42,447 bases of DNA from the NCBI GenBank assembly GCA_048884785.1, contig JBHLQM010000025.1, positions 1 to 42,447 on the forward strand. The letters are read 5' to 3'. A program made the translations under genes and the position numbers. Positions 18,173-27,844 of this stretch are shown piece after piece. The notes below the pieces were generated by a model. It was not told the DNA's origin. It ran no database searches and was given only the letters and a program-made list of their open reading frames with translations. How positions within the stretch are numbered: position 1 is the stretch's first letter; every line of letters starts with the position of its first letter. Origin of the DNA: Candidatus Thorarchaeota archaeon (GTDB taxonomy: Archaea > Asgardarchaeota > Thorarchaeia > Thorarchaeales > Thorarchaeaceae).

Positions 18173-19048
18173 TTATCTCCTCCCGGCCAACCCTATAATA
18201 TCCGCCACATGAGAATGCCCCCTTTCTCTCAGGTATCCTTGAACACCCCTCTTGATGCGACTAAAGACATCCAGTCCTTCAAGCAAAGCAGTTCCTATTT
18301 GAATTGCACTTGCACCTGCAAGATGCATCTCAATAGCATCCTCCCATGATGTTACTCCTCCCACACCTATCACGGGGATATCAACAGCGTGATAGAGATC
18401 ATATACACACCTTACTGCTATAGGAAAAATTGGTGGTCCAGAAAGGCCTCCAACTCTATTCCCTAAGACTGGCCGTTGCTGCTGAATATCAATTTTCATT
18501 GCCCTTACGGTGTTAATTGCCACAACTGCATCTGCTCCTCCATTCTCCGCAGCTTTCGCAACTGATACATAGTCAGAGGCATTGGGTGTAAGCTTGGCGA
18601 AGACTTGGCAATCAACCACTTCTTTCACTGCTCTTACATACTTTGCAGTGAGGTTTGGATCATGTGCTATCTGAGCAATCTCGGCATGAGGGCATGATAG
18701 ATTCAATTCAATCGCGTCAGGGCCAAATCCATACCCTTTCTCTGCTACTTGCGCGATCTCCTTTACAGATGAGCCAAAAATACTCAGCACAATTTGCATC
18801 TTCTCATTTCTAAGAATGCGCATTTCATCTCCAAACGCATCAATACCAGGATTCGTGAGCCCAACAGCGTTTATCAATCCACCATGCGAAGTCGTGAGAA
18901 TTGGACCAGGATTCCCCTCTCTTGGCTCGAGTCCTATCGATTTGGTCACTATTGCATCCGCACCAGCTTTACTCACTCGTTTTAGTACAGAAGCAGTCAC
19001 ACCTAGAATACCAGATGCAAGCCAATAGCCTTCTATCTTCACTTGCAC
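18173..19048 (-). CDS. pyrD: Dihydroorotate dehydrogenase (class 1B) catalytic subunit
   Basis: LASG, VTKS, NAVGL.NPG, ELNLSCPH, KLTPN, INT, GGLSG. Confidence 0.94.
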   Translation of the reverse strand: MQVKIEGYWLASGILGVTASVLKRVSKAGADAIVTKSIGLEPREGNPGPILTTSHGGLINAVGLTNPGIDAFGDEMRILRNEKMQIVLSIFGSSVKEIAQVAEKGYGFGPDAIELNLSCPHAEIAQIAHDPNLTAKYVRAVKEVVDCQVFAKLTPNASDYVSVAKAAENGGADAVVAINTVRAMKIDIQQQRPVLGNRVGGLSGPPIFPIAVRCVYDLYHAVDIPVIGVGGVTSWEDAIEMHLAGASAIQIGTALLEGLDVFSRIKRGVQGYLRERGHSHVADIIGLAGRR

Positions 19049-19148
19049 ACCCAGTTATCAATGGCAATCCACATCCGTAATAAGCTCAGCGCCAGACAGA
19101 CAGACTTATCCGAAATGCACACAAATTTGGGTTTAGGGTTGATACACA

Positions 19149-20396
19149 ATGGGCACATATCTGACTTACACAGCTTTTGGCATCTTTCTTTTTGATGAAG
19201 ATAACCGAGTGCTTACTGAGCAGATAATCTATCCAGATTATGAAGCTGCGGCTGATAATATTAGAGAACTGAGTGCCGGGAACCCTACTTCCTTTTTGTA
19301 TAACGTATTCAAGGAATCTAAGGTCAAGTATAACGAGATTGTGGTTGCAGACACCATGCTTGCAAAAGCGGCAGAACAGATTGATGATGTTCCAATCAAA
19401 ATCGATTTGTCTTCAAAGGCCGTTAAGTGGTTTCTAGCGACTCATGATGATGTAATCCTAAAGAAGGGGCTAGCAGAATCAGTTTCAGAAATGAAGGACT
19501 ACCGAAGAAAGGTAGGTCTGAAATTGGCAAGAATTGCTGTAAGCGAAGCAGGTGAGGAGAAAGACCCATCGATAAAGCATGCAATTGATGCGGTTGATGA
19601 GATTGATAAGGCAATCAATATAATTGCTATGAGATTGAGAGAGTGGTATGCTCTTCATTTTCCACTATTAGGCGAGATTATAGAGAATCATGAGGAGTAT
19701 GCTCGGGTAATCAGTATCTGTGGAGAAAAGAAAAACATGACTCCTGAACTTCTCACCCAAGCTCGATTACCAGAGCAAATCATAGAACGAGTTACAGAGT
19801 CAACGGCGGACCTACTTGGGTCTGACTTATTAGATACTGACATGATTGCCATCAAGACCATTGCTAATCTTATTTTGAAGTCATATGAGGAACGACGGAA
19901 ACTAGAGGAATACATATCATCCTTAATGAACGAAACAGCTCCAAACGTCACATCTTTGATCGGTCCGCTCATAGGGGCACGTCTACTAAGTTTGGCAGGT
20001 TCCCTTAAGGAACTCGCAAGAAAGCCATCAAGTACGCTTCAAATACTTGGAGCAGAAAAAGCTCTCTTCAGAAGCCTGAAGACAGGTGCTGACCCACCAA
20101 AGCACGGAGTTATCTATCAAGTACCAGAAATCCATTCAGCACCATACTGGCAGCGAGGCAAAATCGCTCGGGCTCTCGCTGGCAAAATCTCGATTGCGGC
20201 CAGAATTGATGCATACTCCGAAACAGCGACTGTAGGACAACTGAGACAACAATTCGAATCACGTTTAAAGGAGATTCAACATCAGAATCCCGAAGCTCCT
20301 CCTCCCAAGCCTCCAAAACCTCCTACCAAACCAATAGGACGCAAGAAACCCTCTTCAAGACCAGTTAAAACGAGAAAAGGAGGACGACGGCGATGA
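19149..20396 (+). CDS. nop5: Box C/D sRNP protein Nop5 (Nop56/58)
   Basis: RLREWY..HFP, APN...L.G, QILGAEKALFR, PKHGVI, RGKIARALA; basic C-terminal tail. Confidence 0.95.
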   Translation: MGTYLTYTAFGIFLFDEDNRVLTEQIIYPDYEAAADNIRELSAGNPTSFLYNVFKESKVKYNEIVVADTMLAKAAEQIDDVPIKIDLSSKAVKWFLATHDDVILKKGLAESVSEMKDYRRKVGLKLARIAVSEAGEEKDPSIKHAIDAVDEIDKAINIIAMRLREWYALHFPLLGEIIENHEEYARVISICGEKKNMTPELLTQARLPEQIIERVTESTADLLGSDLLDTDMIAIKTIANLILKSYEERRKLEEYISSLMNETAPNVTSLIGPLIGARLLSLAGSLKELARKPSSTLQILGAEKALFRSLKTGADPPKHGVIYQVPEIHSAPYWQRGKIARALAGKISIAARIDAYSETATVGQLRQQFESRLKEIQHQNPEAPPPKPPKPPTKPIGRKKPSSRPVKTRKGGRRR

Positions 20397-21091
20397 CCCA
20401 GATTCAACCACATAGATTCCCAGGAGTATTTGTTGCGAGAGACCGTGAGAGATCGTCTATCTGTACAAAGACGCTTGTGCATCGTCAGAGCGTATACGGA
20501 GAGAAACTGATCAGTCAGAATGATGAGGAATACCGTCTGTGGTCATCAAGACGGTCAAAGCTGGCAGCTGCAATTCAAAATGGTCTAAACGAAATGCCAA
20601 TACAACCAGGGTCACGTGTTCTTTATCTTGGTGCAGCGTCCGGAACAACAGTCAGCCATGTATCCGACATTGTTGGGGAGGCTGGGGTTGTGTATGCTGT
20701 GGAATTCTCGGTTCAAGTAGCTCGAAAGTTAATTCGACTTGCAGAATCACGTTCAAACATTGTTCCTATCATTAGTGATGCCCGTCATCCTGTTCGATAT
20801 TCATCTCTTGTTGGAGGCCCTATTGATGTTGTATATCAAGATGTGGCACAATCAAATCAAGCTAGGATTCTACTTGATAACCTCTCAACATTCTGCAGTT
20901 TTGGTGCATGGGGAATGATTGCAATTAAGGCACGCAGTATTGATTCAACATCCGAAATCGATGAGGTATACAGGAGAGAAATCGCAGAACTTGCCAAAGG
21001 CGGTGCTGAGGTCGTTGCAAATGTGAACCTTGAGCCTTTGGAGAAGGATCATCGTTTTCTTGTAGTTAGAGTATCGGAGGAGCCCACTTGA
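20393..21091 (+). CDS. flpA: Fibrillarin rRNA/tRNA 2'-O-methyltransferase
   Basis: VYGEK, RSKLAAAI, VLYLGAASGTTVSHVSD, YQDVAQ, KARSID. Confidence 0.97.
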   Translation: MTQIQPHRFPGVFVARDRERSSICTKTLVHRQSVYGEKLISQNDEEYRLWSSRRSKLAAAIQNGLNEMPIQPGSRVLYLGAASGTTVSHVSDIVGEAGVVYAVEFSVQVARKLIRLAESRSNIVPIISDARHPVRYSSLVGGPIDVVYQDVAQSNQARILLDNLSTFCSFGAWGMIAIKARSIDSTSEIDEVYRREIAELAKGGAEVVANVNLEPLEKDHRFLVVRVSEEPT

Positions 21092-21537
21092 GTCGATTCT
21101 TAGAGCGTCTAATAGAGAATGAGATTGACACATCAAATGAGCATCTTCCTGCAAAACGTGTTTCGTTGAGCGATCTCAGGTCCAGTAAATCTCCTTGCTT
21201 CATTACGAGGGGTGGGGAAACATCCCTTTTTTTGAAGCATGAACTTGAGATGCTATCAAGTGAGATACCTGACGAATACCATGAAGAATTCATGTTGCCA
21301 ATCGTTATCCTACGTCGAATGGATTTGGGAATAGGAATTTTCACAGTAGCTGGGTCGAAGACGGAACTCTTCTTTATCTACAAGATGCTAGGTCAACTTG
21401 ACCTACGATGGGATGATTTGAAGACATGGCGGCCAATAGATCGACTCGCCCGTCCTCAGGTCCAAGTGGTTCGAAGAAAACTGCCATCAACAACTTGCTT
21501 AGGTTTCACCACAGGCATCACTGCAAATGATGAATAG
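21088..21537 (+). CDS. DUF61 (UPF0216) family protein
   Basis: N.HLP.KR.SL..L, LPI.I, RRKLPSTT; commonly follows fibrillarin. Confidence 0.75.
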   Translation: MSRFLERLIENEIDTSNEHLPAKRVSLSDLRSSKSPCFITRGGETSLFLKHELEMLSSEIPDEYHEEFMLPIVILRRMDLGIGIFTVAGSKTELFFIYKMLGQLDLRWDDLKTWRPIDRLARPQVQVVRRKLPSTTCLGFTTGITANDE

Positions 21538-21605
21538 CAATTTACAAGTTTTCACAATCAGATACCCTGAAAAGGGTTCATTACAACAAGCAATTGATTA
21601 ATGAG

Positions 21606-22571
21606 ATGAATTCAGCCAGAGGAAGTTTAATTCAGCAGGTGACTACAGTCCTAGAGGGTGCTGGATTTGACCTTTCATCTCGTTGTGATGTTCGTCCTAG
21701 CTGTTTCGACCTAGTGGCTCGCAAGGGCGATCAACTAATTCTGGTAAAGATGTTATCCAATATAGATGCACTAACTGAGGATGATGCATTTGCACTTCAA
21801 ATGGTGGCACATTTCTTCAATGCGACACCACTTATAGTTGGTAAGAAGATGCGCCGAGGAAACCTTGACTCTGGTGTTGTCTACAAGCGCTATGGTGTTT
21901 CAACAATTGCACCTACTAGCCTTTCTGGTATTATAGCAGAACAGAAAATGCCTCGTGAATTCATACAAAGAGGTGGAAGGTTTGTGGCTATAGATGGTGC
22001 AAAGCTAAGAGAAGCCAGGCTTTCACATAATATCACCAAAGAGGAACTAGCCAGCTGCGTTGAGGTTTCTGCAAGAGCAATTCTCGCGTATGAAAAAGAT
22101 GAGATGGATGTAAGCAAAGATGTTGCAATGCAGCTCGAAAAGGTTCTTGAAACAGATCTCATCATTCCAATCAATGTACTTGCAGGCCAAACCAAGGAGC
22201 CTCCTGTGATACGGGAAATGGGAACCGAGAAGGCAATTCCAGACCTCGAACTCCGAGTGAATCAATTTTTTGAACGTCTTGGAATGAAAGTCCTCTGGAG
22301 TGATAGAACTCCGTTTCATGTGGCTGCCAAGGAGGATGGTCCTCCTTTGATGTCTGGCGTGGGATCAATCAAAAACTGGGGTCTTCAAAAGCGGATGGAG
22401 ATAATCAAGAGCGTGTCGAAGGTCACAGAATCAGAGGCCGTTATTATCGTTGAAGAAGGGTATGCTGGAGAGAATATAGCAAATCTGCCGGTTATCAGGC
22501 AGCTCGAGCTTGATGAGATTGAGAAGTCTCGAGAATTGAAAAAAATCCTCTCAGAGAGATCTGGTCAATAA
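21606..22571 (+). CDS. Archaeal HTH regulator with nuclease-like N-terminal domain (COG1395-type)
   Basis: CFDLVARK, K.L.NID, GVVY.RYG, RGG.FV.IDG..L...R, XRE-type HTH. Confidence 0.85.
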   Translation: MNSARGSLIQQVTTVLEGAGFDLSSRCDVRPSCFDLVARKGDQLILVKMLSNIDALTEDDAFALQMVAHFFNATPLIVGKKMRRGNLDSGVVYKRYGVSTIAPTSLSGIIAEQKMPREFIQRGGRFVAIDGAKLREARLSHNITKEELASCVEVSARAILAYEKDEMDVSKDVAMQLEKVLETDLIIPINVLAGQTKEPPVIREMGTEKAIPDLELRVNQFFERLGMKVLWSDRTPFHVAAKEDGPPLMSGVGSIKNWGLQKRMEIIKSVSKVTESEAVIIVEEGYAGENIANLPVIRQLELDEIEKSRELKKILSERSGQ

Positions 22572-23257
22572 TCTTCCAGTTTCGTTTGGATTTTCTGACT
22601 ATCAGATATTGCCTGAGTGACTGATTTCCAAGTTTTTCGAACAAAATCAGGCATTTTTTCATTCTTCCTAATCAAATTCCTGAGAAACAGAACTGACCTG
22701 GGATCCGATGGATATCCTGAGCCAAAATCACCATACTCTCCATGTAGTTCTCTAATGATTTCATCACGGGTTGTTTTCGCAATAATAGATGCTGCAGAAA
22801 CAACTGGATACTTCGAGTCTGCCTTGTGTTCAGATACAATCTTACAGTTTCTTAAAATTAAACCAGACTCTAGTCCGATTCTCTCCCCGAAACGTTTCGG
22901 ATTGACATCAGCCGCATCAGCATAAACCTCGGCAGGAGACAGCTCTCTAAGTACTGTAGAAAATGCGGTAGCTTCTATATCATTCAGAGTCACACCCTGC
23001 TCTCGCAACTTATCTATCTGCAGCGCATCAATTCTCTCAATAGCAACTCTAGACGACATTTCATGTACCATCTTGGCAAGAGTTTCACGTTTCTTGACAC
23101 TCAGTGTTTTCGAATCCCGCACGCCTAGACTTCTCAGCTTTTTTATTGAGCTGGAATCAAATAATACACCACATACTATCATTGGTCCAAACATTGGTCC
23201 TCGCCCAGCCTCATCAATCCCTGCAATTCCAGAAAGGCTCCTAGTTCTTGGACTCAT
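22565..23257 (-). CDS. rnhB: Ribonuclease HII with C-terminal PIP-like box
   Basis: GIDEAGRGP, DSK, HKAD, SAASIIAK, GSGYPSDP; C-terminal QTKLEDY. Confidence 0.96.
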   Translation of the reverse strand: MSPRTRSLSGIAGIDEAGRGPMFGPMIVCGVLFDSSSIKKLRSLGVRDSKTLSVKKRETLAKMVHEMSSRVAIERIDALQIDKLREQGVTLNDIEATAFSTVLRELSPAEVYADAADVNPKRFGERIGLESGLILRNCKIVSEHKADSKYPVVSAASIIAKTTRDEIIRELHGEYGDFGSGYPSDPRSVLFLRNLIRKNEKMPDFVRKTWKSVTQAISDSQKIQTKLEDY

Positions 23258-23321
23258 AAATGAGAGCTTGTTGTAAAGCCTATTTTACCGTATGGGCTTT
23301 TGGAGTTAGAAAAGGAGAAAG

Positions 23322-23437
23322 TGGCAGCTTGAGGCCCTGTCACGGGCTCGCGCACCGCACATCTGCCTCAACGGGCCGAGACTTAACTTCTGAGGTCGGA
23401 ACGAGATCAGGTGAATTCTCGGTCCTATGGCCGCCAT
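23322..23437 (-). rRNA. rrf: 5S rRNA (not linked to 16S/23S)
   Basis: Minus strand TGGCGGCCATAG...CACCTGATCTCGTTCCGACCTCAGAAGTTAAG...GCGCGAGCCC...GCTGCCA; helix I TGGCGGC/GCTGCCA; pyrimidine tract downstream. Confidence 0.93.
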
Positions 23438-23461
23438 CAATTGTGGCGACACTTTTTTTGG

Positions 23462-23468
23462 TTTTAAA
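23462..23468 (-). promoter_or_regulatory. Putative TATA box of 5S rRNA gene
   Basis: TTTAAAA on the minus strand 25-31 nt upstream of the 5S 5' end. Confidence 0.55.
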
Positions 23469-23558
23469 GATTATCCTCTGACACCTGTTTCTTCTTTCTA
23501 CTCAAGAATCATGTCCTTTCTATGGTGACCTTATTAGACAAGAACATAACATCACTCC

Positions 23559-24137
23559 ATGACCCCCAACCCTCGGCTGCGTCTGGTGTGTCACCCTCCC
23601 TCCCGGCCAGAGCACACCCCGCTTCATGCTGACACCAATCGGACGCAGCTGTGGGAACTTGTAAGGGACAACGATGTTCACTGGATCCTAAAAGTACCCG
23701 GTCTAATGGAGCTTGCAAGAAGACATGATTCAGATCTTCTCGATTACTGTGAAGAGCTGCTTCAATCTGACAACCATGAAGAGTGGCTTTTGGGTCTCAA
23801 GGCACTAGCAGAACTTGCAACGCCCGAGTCAATTGAAAGGCTTGTAATGATTTATGCAGGCGCTCCTACTGATAACAGAAGGGAAATCATTAAACTAGTG
23901 GCAAGGAACCTGACAACAGAGCATGTACATCCATTCAGCATTATGGTTCGAGAAATTGCCCACCCTGGAGAGGTTGACGTGACAGGGTGGACTTCAGCTG
24001 CTGTTGCAACCTTGCAAAATGTGTGTAAAAGACTTGGAATCGAAGTTACATTAGAGGGCATATCACTAAGTGCAAGTGACCGAATACTCGCATTGGAATC
24101 TGATCTTATCGAAACAAATTCTACCCTTACGAAATAG
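23559..24137 (+). CDS. Hypothetical HEAT-repeat-like helical protein
   Basis: Helical repeats such as LLQSDNHEEWLLGLKALAELATPESIERL. Confidence 0.6.
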   Translation: MTPNPRLRLVCHPPSRPEHTPLHADTNRTQLWELVRDNDVHWILKVPGLMELARRHDSDLLDYCEELLQSDNHEEWLLGLKALAELATPESIERLVMIYAGAPTDNRREIIKLVARNLTTEHVHPFSIMVREIAHPGEVDVTGWTSAAVATLQNVCKRLGIEVTLEGISLSASDRILALESDLIETNSTLTK

Positions 24138-24188
24138 CGGGATACATACCACATGGTATTAATCACTATATCTTCCAGATTGTATATC

Positions 24189-25793
24189 ATGCTAAGAAAT
24201 GACGAGGACTATAGACTTCATAGGGAAATCATTGAAGGCATTCTAGAAAGCGAGGTCCCCGTCGATAAGAAAATTGTCAATCAAATCAAGAATAGAGTCT
24301 GTGCCAAGTATAGGCGAGCAAAGACTCCGTCCAACGCAGATATACTACAGGCATCTATTCCTGAAGAAGAAGAAATTCTACGTCCAATCCTGCAAAAGAG
24401 ACCCGTTCGAACTGTATCAGGTGTGGCTGTTGTAGCAGTCATGACTAAACCACATGCATGTCCCCATGGCAAGTGCGCATATTGCCCTGGAGGTCCTGAT
24501 TTAGGAGTTCCACAGAGTTATACTGGACATGAACCTGCAACGATGAGAGGTATTCAGAATGACTTCAATCCTTTTGCACAGGTGAGGAATCGTCTCAATC
24601 AACTCAAGACAATTGGTCATAACATTAGCAAGACTGAGCTCATTGTTATGGGCGGTGATTGGTGTTCCAAAGACTCAGAGTATAGAAACGACTTTGTAAA
24701 GGGCTGCTTTGATGCCATGAATGATTCTTCCAGCACAACATTGCATGAGGCTCTACATAGGAACGAAACGTCACAGATTAGGAATGTGGGTCTTACCTTT
24801 GAAACAAGACCCGATTGGGTTACTGAGGAATCGATAGATGATATGTTGAGAATGGGTGCAACTCGAGTTGAACTTGGGGTGCAAACGCTCTCCGATGAAG
24901 TATTAGAGAAGGTCCGACGAGGCCATGGGGTTGAAGCCACCTCTAGAGCTACAAAACTGCTACGCGACAGTGGTCTAAAGGTCTGCTACCACATGATGCC
25001 CGGTCTGCCAAGCACCACTCCTGAAGAAGACCTGCAGCACTTCAGAACTCTCTTTACGGACTCAAGATTTCAACCAGACATGCTAAAGATCTATCCAACT
25101 ATTGTAGTAAAGAACACTCTACTCTATGAGTGGTGGCTCAATGGCAGTTACACACCATATAACACTGATCAGATTGTTGACCTGATATCGAGGGCAGTAA
25201 ATAACATGCCAGAGTATGTTCGAATTCAGAGGATGCAGAGAGACATTCCCTTACATCAAATTGAAGCGGGTCTCAATAGGGGTAATCTGCGAGAGCTGGT
25301 TCATGCAGAAATGAAAAGGAGAGCACTCAGGGATTCTACCATAAGATTCCGGGAGATTGGACATTATCAGATGCGAACAGGTTTGGACCCTGATCCAGCT
25401 GAAATCCAGTTAGTTCGTCGTGACTACGAGGCATCTGATGGAACTGAAACCTTTCTTTCTTTTGAGAATCCTTCAATTGATGTAATCTTTGGATTTCTAC
25501 GTCTTAGGCTTCCAAGTGAAGATGCACATCGTCCCGAGATCTCTGGACAACCTTGTGCCGTTATCAGGGAGCTCAGAGTCTATGGCCCTGTTGTAGGCAT
25601 TGGCGAACGTGATTTGGATGCGTGGCAACATCTTGGGTTGGGAGAGCAATTGCTTCAAGCAGCTCAAGAGCTGAGCCATACAGAGTACTCTGTAAATCGG
25701 ATTCTAGTTAACAGTGCGATTGGTGTGAAGGAGTATTACAGAAATCTTGGATTCAAGGATGAGGGTCTATATCTTGCCAAAACTCTTCGGTAG
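24189..25793 (+). CDS. elp3: tRNA uridine(34) acetyltransferase Elp3 (radical SAM + GNAT)
   Basis: RTVSGVAVVAVM, CPHGKCAYC, ETRPD, KIYPT, RELRVYG, QHLGLG, GVKEYY. Confidence 0.96.
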   Translation: MLRNDEDYRLHREIIEGILESEVPVDKKIVNQIKNRVCAKYRRAKTPSNADILQASIPEEEEILRPILQKRPVRTVSGVAVVAVMTKPHACPHGKCAYCPGGPDLGVPQSYTGHEPATMRGIQNDFNPFAQVRNRLNQLKTIGHNISKTELIVMGGDWCSKDSEYRNDFVKGCFDAMNDSSSTTLHEALHRNETSQIRNVGLTFETRPDWVTEESIDDMLRMGATRVELGVQTLSDEVLEKVRRGHGVEATSRATKLLRDSGLKVCYHMMPGLPSTTPEEDLQHFRTLFTDSRFQPDMLKIYPTIVVKNTLLYEWWLNGSYTPYNTDQIVDLISRAVNNMPEYVRIQRMQRDIPLHQIEAGLNRGNLRELVHAEMKRRALRDSTIRFREIGHYQMRTGLDPDPAEIQLVRRDYEASDGTETFLSFENPSIDVIFGFLRLRLPSEDAHRPEISGQPCAVIRELRVYGPVVGIGERDLDAWQHLGLGEQLLQAAQELSHTEYSVNRILVNSAIGVKEYYRNLGFKDEGLYLAKTLR

Positions 25794-25911
25794 ACAGAAG
25801 TTAGTAGAGGATTAAGAAGATCATCCGGCTTTTACCTGAAGAATAGACCCTAGATTTCAGCCAATCATTTGTAAAAAAGAAATAAAACTAGGGATTCCTA
25901 CACAAGACAGT

Positions 25912-27192
25912 ATGAAAGAGCTGAAAGATGTTTGGTTGGTTGATTATGCACGTACTCCATTCTCACGATCGCGTCCTCAAAACCCAGAAACTGATGTCTT
26001 TGGTGAGATTAGGGGAGATACACTCCTATCGCACTTAATCAAGAAATTCTTTGATGGATCTCTCGCAAAGAAAGGAATTGAAAAGAAAGATATTGATGAA
26101 ATCACAGTCGGTGTGGCTGCGGGGGTCCTTGAGAACTGGATCTATGGCGGCAAAATACCGGCTTTTATGTCAGGATTTCCACACCACGTGGCTTCCTTTT
26201 CTATCGATCGTCAGTGCGGGTCTGCTGGGTCAGGAATGCATGTTGGTATCATGGAGATTATGACAGGTTTCAGTACTATTGTATTATCAACTGGCTTTGA
26301 ACACATGACTCGCGTGCGAGGAAAAGGAGTGGAACCCAACTTTTCCTTTGGTGATATGAACTCGGAGTTCTATAGACCTGACATTGATGTCAATACAGTG
26401 TTCAACATGTTGCAGACTGCACAGAAACTATACGAGGAGGAGGTTCCTACCTTTACCAAGGAGGATATGGACAAACTCGGTGTGAGAAGTCATAACCTGA
26501 CTGTCAAGAATCAAGAGAGTGGATGGTTTAACGGAGAAATCATTCCTATACAAGGACATGTATCTGGCAACATTGACGAACCTATGTTGGTTGATAGGGA
26601 TATGAATCCACGGGCCTCAACACTCGAAAAGGTTTCCACTCTGCCACGTATATCACAACCCTACTATCTTGAGAAAAATGGTGGAAAAGAGGGTTATGTC
26701 AAACGAGAGGGAACAGAAGAGGGAGTGATTACCGCAGGAAATGCCTCACCTCTGAATGCAGGCGCTACAGCTGCTGTTTTAATGGCGGCCAAAGAGGCAG
26801 AAAATAGAGGTATAGAACCTATGGCACGAATTGTTTCTATGGGCTGGGCGGGCGTTGATCCGACGGTAATGGGTCGTGGACCCGTGCCTGCCACAATCAA
26901 GGCGCTCAAGCATGCAGGACTGAGTGTTGAAGACATCGACTTTTGGGAAATAAATGAGGCGTTCTGTATTGTAACACTGAATTGCATGGACAAGCTAAAT
27001 ATTCCCGAGGAGAAAGTAAATGTCATGGGCGGTTCGACCGCAATCGGACACCCTCTAGGTTCCACCATGATCAGATTAACGGGTACTCTTGCAAGAATCC
27101 TCAAAGACAAGAAGGCAAAATATGGAGTTGCTAATGCTTGTGTTGGTGGTGGGCAGGGCGTTGCAACTGTTATTGAGAACTTAGATGTGTAA
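25912..27192 (+). CDS. Acetyl-CoA acyltransferase (thiolase)
   Basis: RQCGS, TAGNASPLNAGA, EINEAF, GHPLG, CVGGGQG. Confidence 0.95.
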   Translation: MKELKDVWLVDYARTPFSRSRPQNPETDVFGEIRGDTLLSHLIKKFFDGSLAKKGIEKKDIDEITVGVAAGVLENWIYGGKIPAFMSGFPHHVASFSIDRQCGSAGSGMHVGIMEIMTGFSTIVLSTGFEHMTRVRGKGVEPNFSFGDMNSEFYRPDIDVNTVFNMLQTAQKLYEEEVPTFTKEDMDKLGVRSHNLTVKNQESGWFNGEIIPIQGHVSGNIDEPMLVDRDMNPRASTLEKVSTLPRISQPYYLEKNGGKEGYVKREGTEEGVITAGNASPLNAGATAAVLMAAKEAENRGIEPMARIVSMGWAGVDPTVMGRGPVPATIKALKHAGLSVEDIDFWEINEAFCIVTLNCMDKLNIPEEKVNVMGGSTAIGHPLGSTMIRLTGTLARILKDKKAKYGVANACVGGGQGVATVIENLDV

Positions 27193-27226
27193 TCTGTACT
27201 CCCTATGTATCATCACAGAAGAAAAG

Positions 27227-27313
27227 TGGCGCCGAGGATGAGATTTGAACTCATGCATCCGAAGATACCGGTTTTCAAGACCGGCGCCGTAATCCGGGCT
27301 TGGCTACCTCGGC
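27227..27313 (-). tRNA. tRNA-Ser(TGA), type II with encoded CCA
   Basis: GCCGAGG/CCTCGGC acceptor, CCGGT-CT-TGA-AA-ACCGG anticodon arm, ATC-TTCG-GAT variable arm, TTCAAAT T-loop, G discriminator. Confidence 0.96.
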
Positions 27314-27391
27314 TCTCTTTCAGGTCATGAGATGACCTGCGGTGCAGTCCATTGGAAATGCCTTTTAAGCTTCTTGTAGTGGAGGCAGTTT

Positions 27392-27835
27392 GTGACTAGG
27401 ATGTCCAAGCGCGGATTCAAATTTCATGAGCATACTGCAGATATCACCATTGAGTGTTGGGCACCAACGCTTGAGGATGCATTTGCAGAAGCAGCTCTTG
27501 CGACTTTTGAGGTCATCCTAGACACGTCCACAATTGAACCACATGAACCTACAGAAGTTGTAGTCGAAGGTGTTGACCTCAAAGAGCTAATTGTGGAGTG
27601 GGTCGGTCGTCTTCTCGCTCTCATTGACATAGAACACAAATTCTACTCAAAATTTGAAGTCAGTTCTGTAAAGAAGATTGACAATGGATATGTCCTGTAT
27701 GGCACTGCGTGGGGCGAAGAGATTGACTTTGATAAGCATGACACAAGGACGGAGGTAAAAGCAATGACCTATGCCGACCTAAAAATTGAAACAGAACCTC
27801 ATCTAACAAGAATCTGGTTCACACTGGACCTCTGA
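27392..27835 (+). CDS. Archease (RtcB activator)
   Basis: EHTAD, WGE, EVKAMTY, TLDL C-terminus. Confidence 0.94.
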   Translation: MTRMSKRGFKFHEHTADITIECWAPTLEDAFAEAALATFEVILDTSTIEPHEPTEVVVEGVDLKELIVEWVGRLLALIDIEHKFYSKFEVSSVKKIDNGYVLYGTAWGEEIDFDKHDTRTEVKAMTYADLKIETEPHLTRIWFTLDL

Positions 27836-27844
27836 GGTGCAAAA

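Noticed and set aside
19010-19048. Truncated or pseudogenised pyrD (short N-terminus lacking the NP motif)
   Set aside because: All FMN-binding and catalytic motifs are intact and pyrK follows after 2 nt; probably a small deletion
23260-23481. 73-aa ORF
   Set aside because: Antisense to the 5S rRNA; spurious
27227-27313. Possible tRNA-Sec (long variable arm, TGA)
   Set aside because: The anticodon is TGA (reads UCA, Ser), not TCA; acceptor and T stems are the standard 7/5
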